This document shows, piece after piece, positions 25,101 through 36,772 of a stretch of 64,000 nt of DNA. The notes under the pieces are model-generated. The model ran no database searches and was not told the DNA's origin. It saw nothing but the letters and a program-made list of their open reading frames with translations. The stretch is from Lingula anatina (Eukaryota; Animalia; Brachiopoda): NCBI GenBank assembly GCA_051362555.1, contig CM120649.1, positions 8,990,001-9,054,000 on the forward strand, given 5' to 3'. How positions within the stretch are numbered: the stretch's first letter is position 1; each line of letters opens with the position of its first letter. The position numbers and the translations under genes were made by a program.

Positions 25101-28100
25101 TAATTTTGAGTTTTCTCTAATATATTGACCAAAGAAAATACTTTTCGTTTAGACACAGTCAACTGATCAGCTTATCACAGATTTTTATTGTTATTAACCA
25201 TCATTTGTGCAAATTTCAGAAACATTGGAAAAGATTTGACAAAATTATTTACGTTTAACTATTTTAAGTCATGGGATATGCCAGTTTTTTTCAGTGTAAT
25301 TTCAGTTTTCTGAAGTTTATTGTTCTTTCTATCTAGAGTACCCTTAGCATGAAAAAGGAGGCAGTGAAAGACAGCAGCAAGAGCAGCACTATGGCTTATC
25401 CATGTGTACAATACATGACATGTGGCAAGATTTAGGACATTGTCAAATATTCTGCTAACAACAACCCATTCCAGAAACCCATTGTGAGGAGTAGCTGACT
25501 TCTGACATTGATAGTAAGGAGGAGTCTTGTATGGGTATATATTGTTTTCCAGATGACAGCTGTAGGTAACTTGCAACCTCCCACACAAACAAACTCAAAT
25601 CATCACATTTGCTGTTTTGTTTGATAGCAAATAATACATTGCAATATTGAAATATTTGTTTTGGTCAGTTCTCACACTTCAGATTATCAATTTCCAATAA
25701 ACTTGGCACTTAAAAAAGACAGTCAACTGATTAGCTTATCACAGATTTGTATTGTTGTTAAGCATCTTTTGTGCAAATTTCAGAATCATTGGACAAGATT
25801 TGTCCAAATTATTAACATTTAACTATTTTAAGTCATGGAATTTGTCAGTGTTTTCAGTTTAATTTTCATTTTTCTTAAATATATCGTCTATAGAAAAAAC
25901 TTTTCATTAGACACACAGTCAACTGATCAGATTATCACAAATTTCTCGATGTTTAGCATCATTTGTTAAAATATCAGAAATATTGGTAAAGATTTGACAA
26001 AATTATTTACGTTTAACTATTTTAAGTCATGGGGTTTGCCAGTTTTTTTCAGTGTAATTTCAGTTTTCTGAAGTTTATTGTTCTTTCTTTCCAGAGTACC
26101 CTTACCATGAAAAAGAAGGCAGTGAAAGACAGCAGCAAGAGCAGCACTATGTCTTATCCATGTGTACAATACATGACATGTGGCAAGATTTAGGACATTG
26201 TCAAATATTCTGCTAACAACAACCCATTCCAGAAACCCATTGTGAGGAGTAACTGACATCTGACATTGATAGGAGTCTTGTATGGGTATATATTGTTTTC
26301 CAGATGACAGCTGTAGGTAAATTGCAACCTCCCACACAAACAAACTCAAATCATCACATTTGCTGTTTTGTTTGATAGCAAATAATACATTGCAATATTG
26401 AAATATTTGTTTTGGTCAATTCTCACACTTCTGATTATCAATTTCCAATAAACTTGGCACTTAAAAAAGACAGTCAACTGATTAGCTTATCACAGATTTT
26501 TATTGTTGTTAAGCATCTTTTGTGCAAATTTCAGAAGTATTGGACAAGATTTGACAAAATTATTAACGTTTAACTATTTTGAGCCTTGGAATTTGCCAGT
26601 GTTTTTGTGGTAGAGTTCTGTTTTCCGAAATATATTGCCCCAAAGAACACTTTTCATTTGACATTGACAACTGATCAGCTTATCACAGACTTTTATTGTT
26701 GTTAAGCATCATTTGTGCAGATTTTAGAAACATTGGATGAGATTTGACAAAATTATTAACGTTTAACTATTTTAAGTCATGAAATTTGCCAACTTATATT
26801 CAGTGTAATTTTGAGTTTTATCTAATATATCGTCTGAAGAAAATACTTTTCGTTAGACACAGTCCACTGATCAGATTATCACAGATTTTTATTGATGTTA
26901 AGCATCATTTGTTAAAATATCACAAAAATTAGAAAAGATTTGACAAAATTATTAACGTTTAACTATTTTGAGCCTTGGAATTTGCCAGTGTTTTTGTGGT
27001 AGAGTTCTGTTTTCCGAAATATATTGCCCCAAAGAACACTTTTCATTTGACATTGACAACTGATCAGCTTATCGCAAACTTTTATTGTTGTTAAGCATCA
27101 TTTGTACAGATTTTAGAAACATTGGATGAGATTTGACAAAATTATTAACGTTTAACTATTTTAAGTCATGAAATTTGCCAACTTATATTTAGTGTAATTT
27201 TGAGTTTTCTCTAATATATTGACCAAAGAAAATACTTTTCGTTTAGACACACAGTCAACTGATCAGATTATCACAGATTTTTATTGATGTTAAGCATCAT
27301 TTGTTAAAATATCACAAAAATTAGAAAAGATTTGACAAAATTATTTACGTTTAACTATCTTAAGTCATTGGGTTTGCCAGTTTTTTTCAGTGTAATTTTC
27401 AGTTTTCTGAAGTTTATTGTTCTTTCTTTCCAGAGTACCCTTACCATGAAAAAGCAGGCTGTGAAAGACAGCAGCAAGAGCAGCACTATGGCTTATCCAT
27501 GTGTACAATACATGACATGTGGCAAGATTTAGGACATTGTCAAATATTGTGCTAACAACAACCCATTCCAGAAACCCATTGTAAGGAGTAATCTGCATCT
27601 GACATTGATAGTAAGGAGGAGTCTTGTATGGGTATATATTGTTTTCCAGATGACAGCTATAGGTAACTTGGAACCTCCTACACAAACAAACTCAAATCAT
27701 CACATTTGCTTTTTTGCAATAATATATTGCAATAATACATTGCAATATTGAAATATTTGTTTTGGTCAATTCTCACACTTCTGATTATCAATTTCCAATA
27801 AACTTGGCAGTTAAGAAAACAAAGTCAACTGATTAGCTTATCACAGATTTTTATTGTTGTTAAGCATCTTTTGTGCAAATTTTAGAAGTATTGGACAAGA
27901 TTTGACAAAATTATTAATGTTTAACTATTTTGAGCCTTGGAATTTGCCCGTGTTTTTGTGGTAGTTTTCTGTTTTCCGAAATATATTGCCCCAAAGAACA
28001 CTTTTCATTTGACATTGACAACTGATCAGCTTATCGCAAACTTTTATTGTTGTTAAGCATCATTTGTACAGATTTTAGAAACATTGGATGAGATTTGACA

Positions 28101-28251
28101 AAATTATTAACGTTTAACTATTTTAAGTCATGAAATTTGCCAACTTATATTTAGTGTAATTTTGAGTTTTCTCTAATATATTGACCAAAGAAAATACTTT
28201 TCGTTTAGACACAGTCAACTGATCAGCTTATCACAGATTTTTATTGTTATT
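22138..28251 (+). repeat. Two near-identical tandem copies of a 3056-bp higher-order block (three cassettes each)
   Basis: Shadow ORFs and cassette starts recur at an exact offset of 3056 (22281/25337, 23039/26095, 24378/27434). A partial third copy lies upstream (17662, 19001; offset 5377 = 3056 + 2321 for the inserted element). Confidence 0.93.
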
Positions 28252-30568
28252 AGTACCACCAGCGTGTACGCTGGCGGTACTCATGGTTTTAGTCCCGACC
28301 CGTCTCGTACAGCTCCGCCGGCTCCTGCGGCTCCGCCGGCTCATGCGGCTCATGCGGCTCCGCAGGATGGCGTGGGATACAAGTCACCGTTACCGCTTCT
28401 CCTCCTAGACCGCAAGGACCTGTGTCCCCATCTCTTGGATTTTGGTCACATATAATCTCAACTTGAACCCCCTGGGTTTTTTGTCTCAGTCGGTGCATTG
28501 GCCTGGGCGTGGCACTCGTTATAACGCACCCTTGTCAAAATTTTTGAAAATTCAATGCTAAATATCTCCCATACTGAAGGAATTATGTGAAAAATTTCTA
28601 CAGATGGCTGACCGAAAGTCATATGTGGAGATTTCAAATATGCCCTTGGATTTGACCTTTGACCTTTATTTCAAGGTCAAACGGGCCAAAATTTTCTAAA
28701 AATGGGATTTTTTTGCAAAAAAATTATTATTTTATGCCGAATTTCAGAAACTTCACAGATCTAACTTATAATATTATGGACAGGTGTTACCCTTAGGGTC
28801 TTCTTTCATCTTCGTGATTTTGGGGTCAATCGGTGCATTTTCACGGGCGTAGCGGCCATTAGATGCCAAAACTGAAAACTCTCTCAAATTCTGGAACTGT
28901 TAATGCCAGAGACCTCTTGTTTTTTTCATTTTGTAGAGCTTGTCAAGCACAACACTGAAGGTGGTGTCCGTTTTTTGTTTTCGATACGGCTTACGCATTG
29001 TACTATATCGACAGTTCAACATCCAATATTTAGTGGTGAAAATAAAATGTGAAATACTACAAAATTAGCAGAGATATGCCCATAGTTACTATTGAACTTG
29101 AATAGGAAGTCATATACTTGTAATCTAACCGACTTGAAATTGACCTTTGACCTACTTTTTATGATGAACTGCACTTAGCAAGTTTTCTGATTTTTATATC
29201 TCCAAAACTGGCAAAGATATGCCCATAGTTACTGTTGAACTTGAATAGGAAGTCATATACTGGCAATCTAACTGTGATCCTGAAATTGACCTCTGACCTA
29301 CTTTACACCATGAACTGAACTTTACAAATATTCTAGCCCTTATATCTCTTAAACTGGCAAAGATACGCCCATAGCTACTGTTGAATTTGAGTAGGAAGTC
29401 ATATACTGGCAATCTTACTGTGACCTTTAAATTGACCTCTGACCTACTTTTCACCATGAACTGAACTTTGCAAAATTTTGTTCCCTTTTATCTCCAAAAC
29501 TGGCAGAGATAGGTCCATAGTTACTATTGAACTTGAATAGGAAGTCATATACTGGCAATCTAGGAGTGACCTTTAAATTGACCTTTGACCTAAATTTCAT
29601 CATGAATTGAACTTTGCAAATTTTGGTTCCCTTTTATTTCCAAAACTGGCAGAGATAGGTCTATAGTTACTATTGAAGTTGAATAGGAAGTCACATACTG
29701 GCAATTTATCTGTGACCTTGAAATTGACCTTTGACCTACTTTTCACCATAAACTGAACTTTGCAACTTTTTTAATGCTTATACTTTCAAAACTGGCAAAG
29801 ATACGCCCATAGCTACTGTTGAACTTGAGTAGGAAGTCATATACTGGCAATTCACTGTGACCTTAAAATTAACCTTTGACCTACTTTTTACCATGAACTG
29901 AACTTTGCAAATTTCCATTCCCTTTTATCTCCAAAACTGGCAGAGAAAGGTCCATAGTTACTATTGAACTTGAATAGGAAGTAATACACTGGCAATCTAA
30001 CTGTGACCTTGAAATTGACCCTTGACCTAATTTTTATGATGAACTGCTTTTTGCATGTTTTCTGGCCTTTATATCTGCGAAACTTGAAAAAAAATGCCTA
30101 TGGTTACTATTGAACTTGAATAGAAATTCATATACTATGATGTTGAAATTGACTTTGACCTACTTTTTCACCATGAACTGAGCTTTGCATATTTTCTTGC
30201 TCCTCATATCTTCAAAACTAGCAGAGATGTGCCCGGTGTTGCCCCTAGGTTTTCTCTTTTGTCAGCATATATGCACCACTGACAACACATTTTAAGGAAA
30301 ACCAATAGGCCTTTTGTCTAGAGAATCACAGGAGTGATCAATGGTAGGAAAATGCAGGTCAGTTCGAAAATCTGCTTGATTGTACCATTTTTATTCATAT
30401 TTTTTGGCATATTTTGAGAACTCTTGTTGATTGCATTTTATAGAGCTTGTCAAGCACAATACTGGTGATGGTGTCCCTTTTTTTTTGGGGGGGGGGGTCT
30501 ATACGAATGCGCTTACTCCAGCTGGTGGTACAATATCCGGAGGCGGTATCGCCTCTCTGATCCTCTAG
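28252..30568 (+). mobile_element. HINE family 2, copy b (duplicated with its flanks; offset 8433)
   Basis: Same termini, same insertion site context and near-identical sequence to 19819-22137. I see only about three substitutions plus homopolymer length differences. Confidence 0.9.
29058..30233 (+). repeat. ~141-bp central tandem repeat inside HINE family 2 copy b
   Basis: Copy of 20625-21800 at offset 8433. Confidence 0.9.
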
Positions 30569-33500
30569 TTAAGCATCATTTGTGCAAATTTCAGAAACAT
30601 TGGAAAAGATTTGACAAAATTATTTACGTTTAACTATTTTAAGTCATGGGATATGCCAGTTTTTTTCAGTGTAATTTCAGTTTTCTGAAGTTTATTGTTC
30701 TTTCTATCTAGAGTACCCTTAGCATGAAAAAGGAGGCAGTGAAAGACAGCAGCAAGAGCAGCACTATGGCTTATCCATGTGTACAATACATGACATGTGG
30801 CAAGATTTAGGACATTGTCAAATATTCTGCTAACAACAACCCATTCCAGAAACCCATTGTGAGGAGTAGCTGACTTCTGACATTGATAGTAAGGAGGAGT
30901 CTTGTATGGGTATATATTGTTTTCCAGATGACAGCTGTAGGTAACTTGCAACCTCCCACACAAACAAACTCAAATCATCACATTTGCTGTTTTGTTTGAT
31001 AGCAAATAATACATTGCAATATTGAAATATTTGTTTTGGTCAGTTCTCACACTTCTGATTATCAATTTCCAATAAACTTGGCACTTAAAAAAGACAGTCA
31101 ACTGATTAGCTTATCACAGATTTGTATTGTTGTTAAGCATCTTTTGTGCAAATTTCAGAAGTATTTGACAAGATTTGACAAAATTATTAACGTTTAACTA
31201 TTTTGAGCCTTGGAATTTGCCAGTGTTTTTGTGGTAGTTTTCTGTTTTCCGAAATATATTGCCCCAAAGAACACTTTTCATTTGACATTGACAACTGATC
31301 AGCTTATCACAGACTTTTATTGTTGTTAAGCATCATTTGTGCAGATTTTAGATACATTGGATGAGATTTGACAAAATTATTAACGTTTAACTATTTTAAG
31401 TCATGAAATTTGCCAACTTATATTCAGTGTAATTTTGAGTTTTCTCTAATATATCGTCTGAAGAAAATACTTTTCGTTAGACACAGTCAACTGATCAGCG
31501 TATCACAGATTTTTATTGTTGTTAAGCATCATTTGTGCAAATTTCAGAATCATTGGACAAGATTTGTCCAAATTATTAACATTTAACTATTTTAAGTCAT
31601 GGAATTTGTCAGTGTTTTCAGTTATCATTTTTCTCAAATATATCGTCTATAGAAAATACTTTTCATTAGACACACAGTCAACTGATCAGATTATCACAAA
31701 TTTTTATCGATGTTAAGCATCATTTGTTAAAATATCAGAAATATTGGAAAAGATTTGACAAAATTATTTAAGTTTAACTATGTTAAGTCATGGGGTTTGC
31801 CAGTTTTTTTCAGTGTAATTTCAGTTTTCTGAAGTTTATTGTTCTTTCTTTCCAGAGTACCCTTACCATGAAAAAGGAGGCAGTGAAAGACAGCAGCAAG
31901 AGCAGCACTATGTCTTATCCATGTGTACAATACATGACATGTGGCAAGATTTAGGACATTGTCAAATATTCTGCTAACAACAACCCATTCCAGAAACCCA
32001 TTGTGAGGAGTAACTGACATCTGACATTGATAGGAGTCTTGTATGGGTATATATTGTTTTCCAGATGACAGCTGTAGGTAAATTGCAACCTCCCACACAA
32101 ACAAACTCAAATCATCACATTTGCTGTTTTGTTTGATAGCAAATAATACATTGCAATATTGAAATATTTGTTTTTGTCAATTCTCACACTTCTGATTATC
32201 AATTTCCGATAAACTTGGCACTTAAAAAAGACAGTCAACTGATTAGCTTATCACAGATTTTTATTGTTGTTAAGCATCTTTTATGTAAATTTCAGAAGTA
32301 TTGGACAAGATTTGACAAAATTATTAACGTTTAACTATTTTGAGCCTTGGAATTTGCCAGTGTTTTTGTGGTAGAGTTCTGTTTTCCGAAATATATTGCC
32401 CCAAAGAACACTTTTCATTTGACATTGACAACTGATCAGCTTATCACAGACTTTTATTGTTGTTAAGCATCATTTGTGCAGATTTTAGAAACATTGGATG
32501 AGATTTGACAAAATTATTAACGTTTAACTATTTTAAGTCATGAAATTTGCCAACTTATATTCAGTGTAATTTTGAGTTTTATCTAATATATTGACCAAAG
32601 AAAATACTTTTCGTTAGACACAGTCCACTGATCAGCTTATCACAGATTTTTATTGTTGTTAAGCATCATTTGTGCAAATTTCAGAAACATTGGACAAGAT
32701 TTGTCAAAATTATTAACATCTAACTATTTTTAGTCATGGAATTTGTCAGTGTTTTCAGTTTAATTTTCATTTTTCTTAAATATATCGTCTATAGAAAATA
32801 CTTTTCATTAGACACACAGTCAACTGATCAGATTATCACAAATCTTTATCGATGTTAAACATCATTTGTTAAAATATCAGAAATATTGGAAAAGATTTGA
32901 CAAAATTATTAACATTTAACTATTTTAAGTCATGGAATTTGTCAGTGTTTTCAGTTTAATTTTCATTTTTCTTAAATATATCGTCTATAGAAAATACTTT
33001 TCATTAGACACACAGTCAACTGATCAGATTATCACAGATTTTTATTGATGTTAAGCATCATTTGTTAAAATATCACAAAAATTGGAAAAGATTTGACAAA
33101 ATTATTTACGTTTAACTATTTTGAGCCTTGGAATTTGACATGTTTTTGTGGTAGTTTTCTGTTTTCAGAAATATATTGCCCCAAAGCACACTTTTCATTT
33201 GACATTGACAACTGATCAGCTTATCACAGACTTTTATTGTTGTTAAGCATCATTTGTACAGATTTTAGAATTATTGGATGAGATTTGACAAAATTATTAA
33301 CGTTTAACTATTTTAAGTCATGAAATTTGCCAACTTATATTCAGTGTAATTTTGAGTTTTCTCTAATATATCGTCCGAAGAAAATACTTTTCGTTAGACA
33401 CAGTCCACTGATCAGCTTATCACAGATTTTTATTGTTGTTAAGCATCATTTGTGCAAATTTCAGAAACATTGGACAAGATTTGTCAAAATTATTAACATC

Positions 33501-36500
33501 TAACTATTTTTAGTCATGGAATTTGTCAGTGTTTTCAGTTTAATTTTCATTTTTCTTAAATATATCGTCTATAGAAAAAACTTTTCATTAGACACACAGT
33601 CAACTGATCAGATTATCACAAATTTCTCGATGTTTAGCATCATTTGTTAAAATATCAGAAATATTGGTAAAGATTTGACAAAATTATTTACGTTTAACTA
33701 TTTTAAGTCATGGGGTTTGCCAGTTTTTTTCAGTGTAATTTCAGTTTTCTGAAGTTTATTGTTCTTTCTTTCCAGAGTACCCTTACCATGAAAAAGAAGG
33801 CAGTGAAAGACAGCAGCAAGAGCAGCACTATGTCTTATCCATGTGTACAATACATGACATGTGGCAAGATTTAGGACATTGTCAAATATTCTGCTAACAA
33901 CAACCCATTCCAGAAACCCATTGTGAGGAGTAACTGACATCTGACATTGATAGGAGTCTTGTATGGGTATATATTGTTTTCCAGATGACAGCTGTAGGTA
34001 AATTGCAACCTCCCACACAAACAAACTCAAATCATCACATTTGCTGTTTTGTTTGATAGCAAATAATACATTGCAATATTGAAATATTTGTTTTGGTCAA
34101 TTCTCACACTTCTGATTATTAATTTCCAATAAACTTGGCACTTAAAAAAGACAGTCAACTGATTAGCTTATCACAGATTTTTATTGTTGTTAAGCATCTT
34201 TTGTGCAAATTTCAGAAGTATTGGACAAGATTTGACAAAATTATTAACGTTTAACTATTTTGAGCCTTGGAATTTGCCAGTGTTTTTGTGGTAGAGTTCT
34301 GTTTTCCGAAATATATTGCCCCAAAGAACACTTTTCATTTGACATTGACAACTGATCAGCTTATCACAGACTTTTATTGTTGTTAAGCATCATTTGTGCA
34401 GATTTTAGAAACATTGGATGAGATTTGACAAAATTATTAACGTTTAACTATTTTAAGTCATGAAATTTGCCAACTTATATTCAGTGTAATTTTGAGTTTT
34501 ATCTAATATATCGTCTGAAGAAAATACTTTTCGTTAGACACAGTCCACTGATCAGATTATCACAGATTTTTATTGATGTTAAGCATCATTTGTTAAAATA
34601 TCACAAAATTAGAAAAGATTTGACAAAATTATTTACGTTTAACTATTTTAAGTCATTGGGTTTGCCAGTTTTTTTCAGTGTAATTTTCAGTTTTCTGAAG
34701 TTTATTGTTCTTTCTTTCCAGAGTACCCTTACCATGAAAAAGCAGGCTGTGAAAGACAGCAGCAAGAGCAGCACTATGGCTTATCCATGTGTACAATACA
34801 TGACATGTGGCAAGATTTAGGACATTGTCAAATATTGTGCTAACAACAACCCATTCCAGAAACCCATTGTAAGGAGTAATCTGCATCTGACATTGATAGT
34901 AAGGAGGAGTCTTGTATGGGTATATATTGTTTTCCAGATGACAGCTATAGGTAACTTGGAACCTCCTACACAAACAAACTCAAATCATCACATTTGCTTT
35001 TTTGCAATAATATATTGCAATAATACATTGCAATATTGAAATATTTGTTTTGGTCAATTCTCACACTTCTGATTATCAATTTCCAATAAACTTGGCAGTT
35101 AAGAAAACAAAGTCAACTGATTAGCTTATCACAGATTTTTATTGTTGTTAAGCATCTTTTGTGCAAATTTTAGAAGTATTGGACAAGATTTGACAAAATT
35201 ATTAATGTTTAACTATTTTGAGCCTTGGAATTTGCCCGTGTTTTTGTGGTAGTTTTCTGTTTTCCGAAATATATTGCCCCAAAGAACACTTTTCATTTGA
35301 CATTGACAACTGATCAGCTTATCGCAAACTTTTATTGTTGTTAAGCATCATTTGTACAGATTTTAGAAACATTGGATGAGATTTGACAAAATTATTAACG
35401 TTTAACTATTTTAAGTCATGAAATTTGCCAACTTATATTTAGTGTAATTTTGAGTTTTCTCTAATATATTGACCAAAGAAAATACTTTTCGTTTAGACAC
35501 ACAGTCAACTGATCAGATTATCACAGATTTTTATTGATGTTAAGCATCATTTGTTAAAATATCACAAAAATTAGAAAAGATTTGACAAAATTATTTACGT
35601 TTAACTATTTTAAGTCATTGGGTTTGCCAGTTTTTTTCAGTGTAATTTCAGTTTTCTAAAGTTTATTGTTCTTTCTTTCCAGAGTACCCTTACCATGAAA
35701 AAGCAGGCTGTGAAAGACAGCAGCAAGAGCAGCACTATGGCTTATCCATGTGTACAATACATGACATGTGGCAAGATTTAGGACATTGTCAAATATTGTG
35801 CTAACAACAACCCATTCCAGAAACCCATTGTGAGGAGTAATCTGCATCTGACATTGATAGTAAGGAGGAGTCTTGTATGGGTATATATTGTTTTCCAGAT
35901 GACAGCTATAGGTAACTTGGAACCTCCTACACAAACAAACTCAAATCATCACATTTGCTTTTTTGCAATAATATATTGCAATAATACATTGCAATATTGA
36001 AATATTTGTTTTGGTCAATTCTCACACTTCTGATTATCAATTTCCAATAAACTTGGCAGTTAAGAAAACAAAGTCAACTGATTAGCTTATCACAGATTTT
36101 TATTGTTGTTAAGCATCTTTTGTGCAAATTTCAGAAGTATTTGACAAGATTTGACAAAATTATTAACGTTTAACTATTTTGAGCCTTGAAATTTGGCAGT
36201 GTTTTTGTGGTAGTTTTCTGTTTTCCGAAATATATTGCCCCAAAGAACACTTTTCATTTGACATTGACAACTGATCAGCTTATCACAGACTTTTATTGTT
36301 GTTAAGCATCATTTGTACAGATTTTAGAATTATTGGATGAGATTTGACAAAATTATTAACGTTTAACTATTTTAAGTCATGAAATTTGCCAACTTATATT
36401 CAGTGTAATTTTGAGTTTTCTCAAATATATCATCCGAAGAAAATACTTTTCATTAGACACAGTCAACTGATCAGCGTATCACAGATTTTTATTGTTATAA

Positions 36501-36772
36501 AGCATCATTTGTGAAAATTTCAGAATCATTGGACAAGCTTTGTCCAAATTATTAACATTTAACTATTTTAAGTCATGGAATTTGTCAGTGTTTTCAGTTT
36601 AATTTTCATTTTTCTCAAATATATCGTCTATAGAGAATACTTTTCATTAGACACACAGTCAACTGATCAGATTATCACAAATTTTTATCGATGTTAAGCA
36701 TCATTTGTTAAAATATCAGAAATATTGGAAAAGATTTGACAAAATTATTTACGTTTAACTATTTTGAGCCTT

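Larger units (their letters stand above)
2720..36772 (+). repeat. Young, homogenised complex tandem array: ~193-196 bp satellite monomers interleaved with an exon-like cassette module
   Basis: The monomer core caactgatcagcttatcacagatttttattgttgttaagcatcatttgtgcaaatttcagaaacattggacaagatttg recurs at 192-196 bp spacing (e.g. 7385, 7578, 7774, 7970, 8166, 8358, 8554, 8750). There are three monomer subtypes (gagccttggaatttgccag..., aagtcatgaaatttgccaac..., agtcatggaatttgtcag...). The cassette module recurs every 0.76-2.3 kb of array sequence. The array is interrupted by three mobile-element insertions. Confidence 0.97.

Noticed and set aside
3674-35880. Functional Dscam-like mutually exclusive coding exon cluster
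   Set aside because: All young copies carry in-frame stops, many carry a 7-nt frameshifting deletion, and the copies are nearly identical rather than diversified.
3596-35934. 23 repeated minus-strand ORFs of 80-142 aa (…HNGFLEWVVVSRIFDNVLNLATCHVLYTW…) as a multigene family
   Set aside because: They are antisense shadows of the cassette. A 7-nt indel and a 1-nt T insertion shift their N- and C-terminal frames among copies, most starts are non-ATG, and no domain is recognisable.
2720-36772. Repeat-spacer (CRISPR-like) or integron-like cassette system
   Set aside because: The interleaved cassettes are copies of one sequence rather than unique acquisitions, and no recombinase or nuclease ORF is present.
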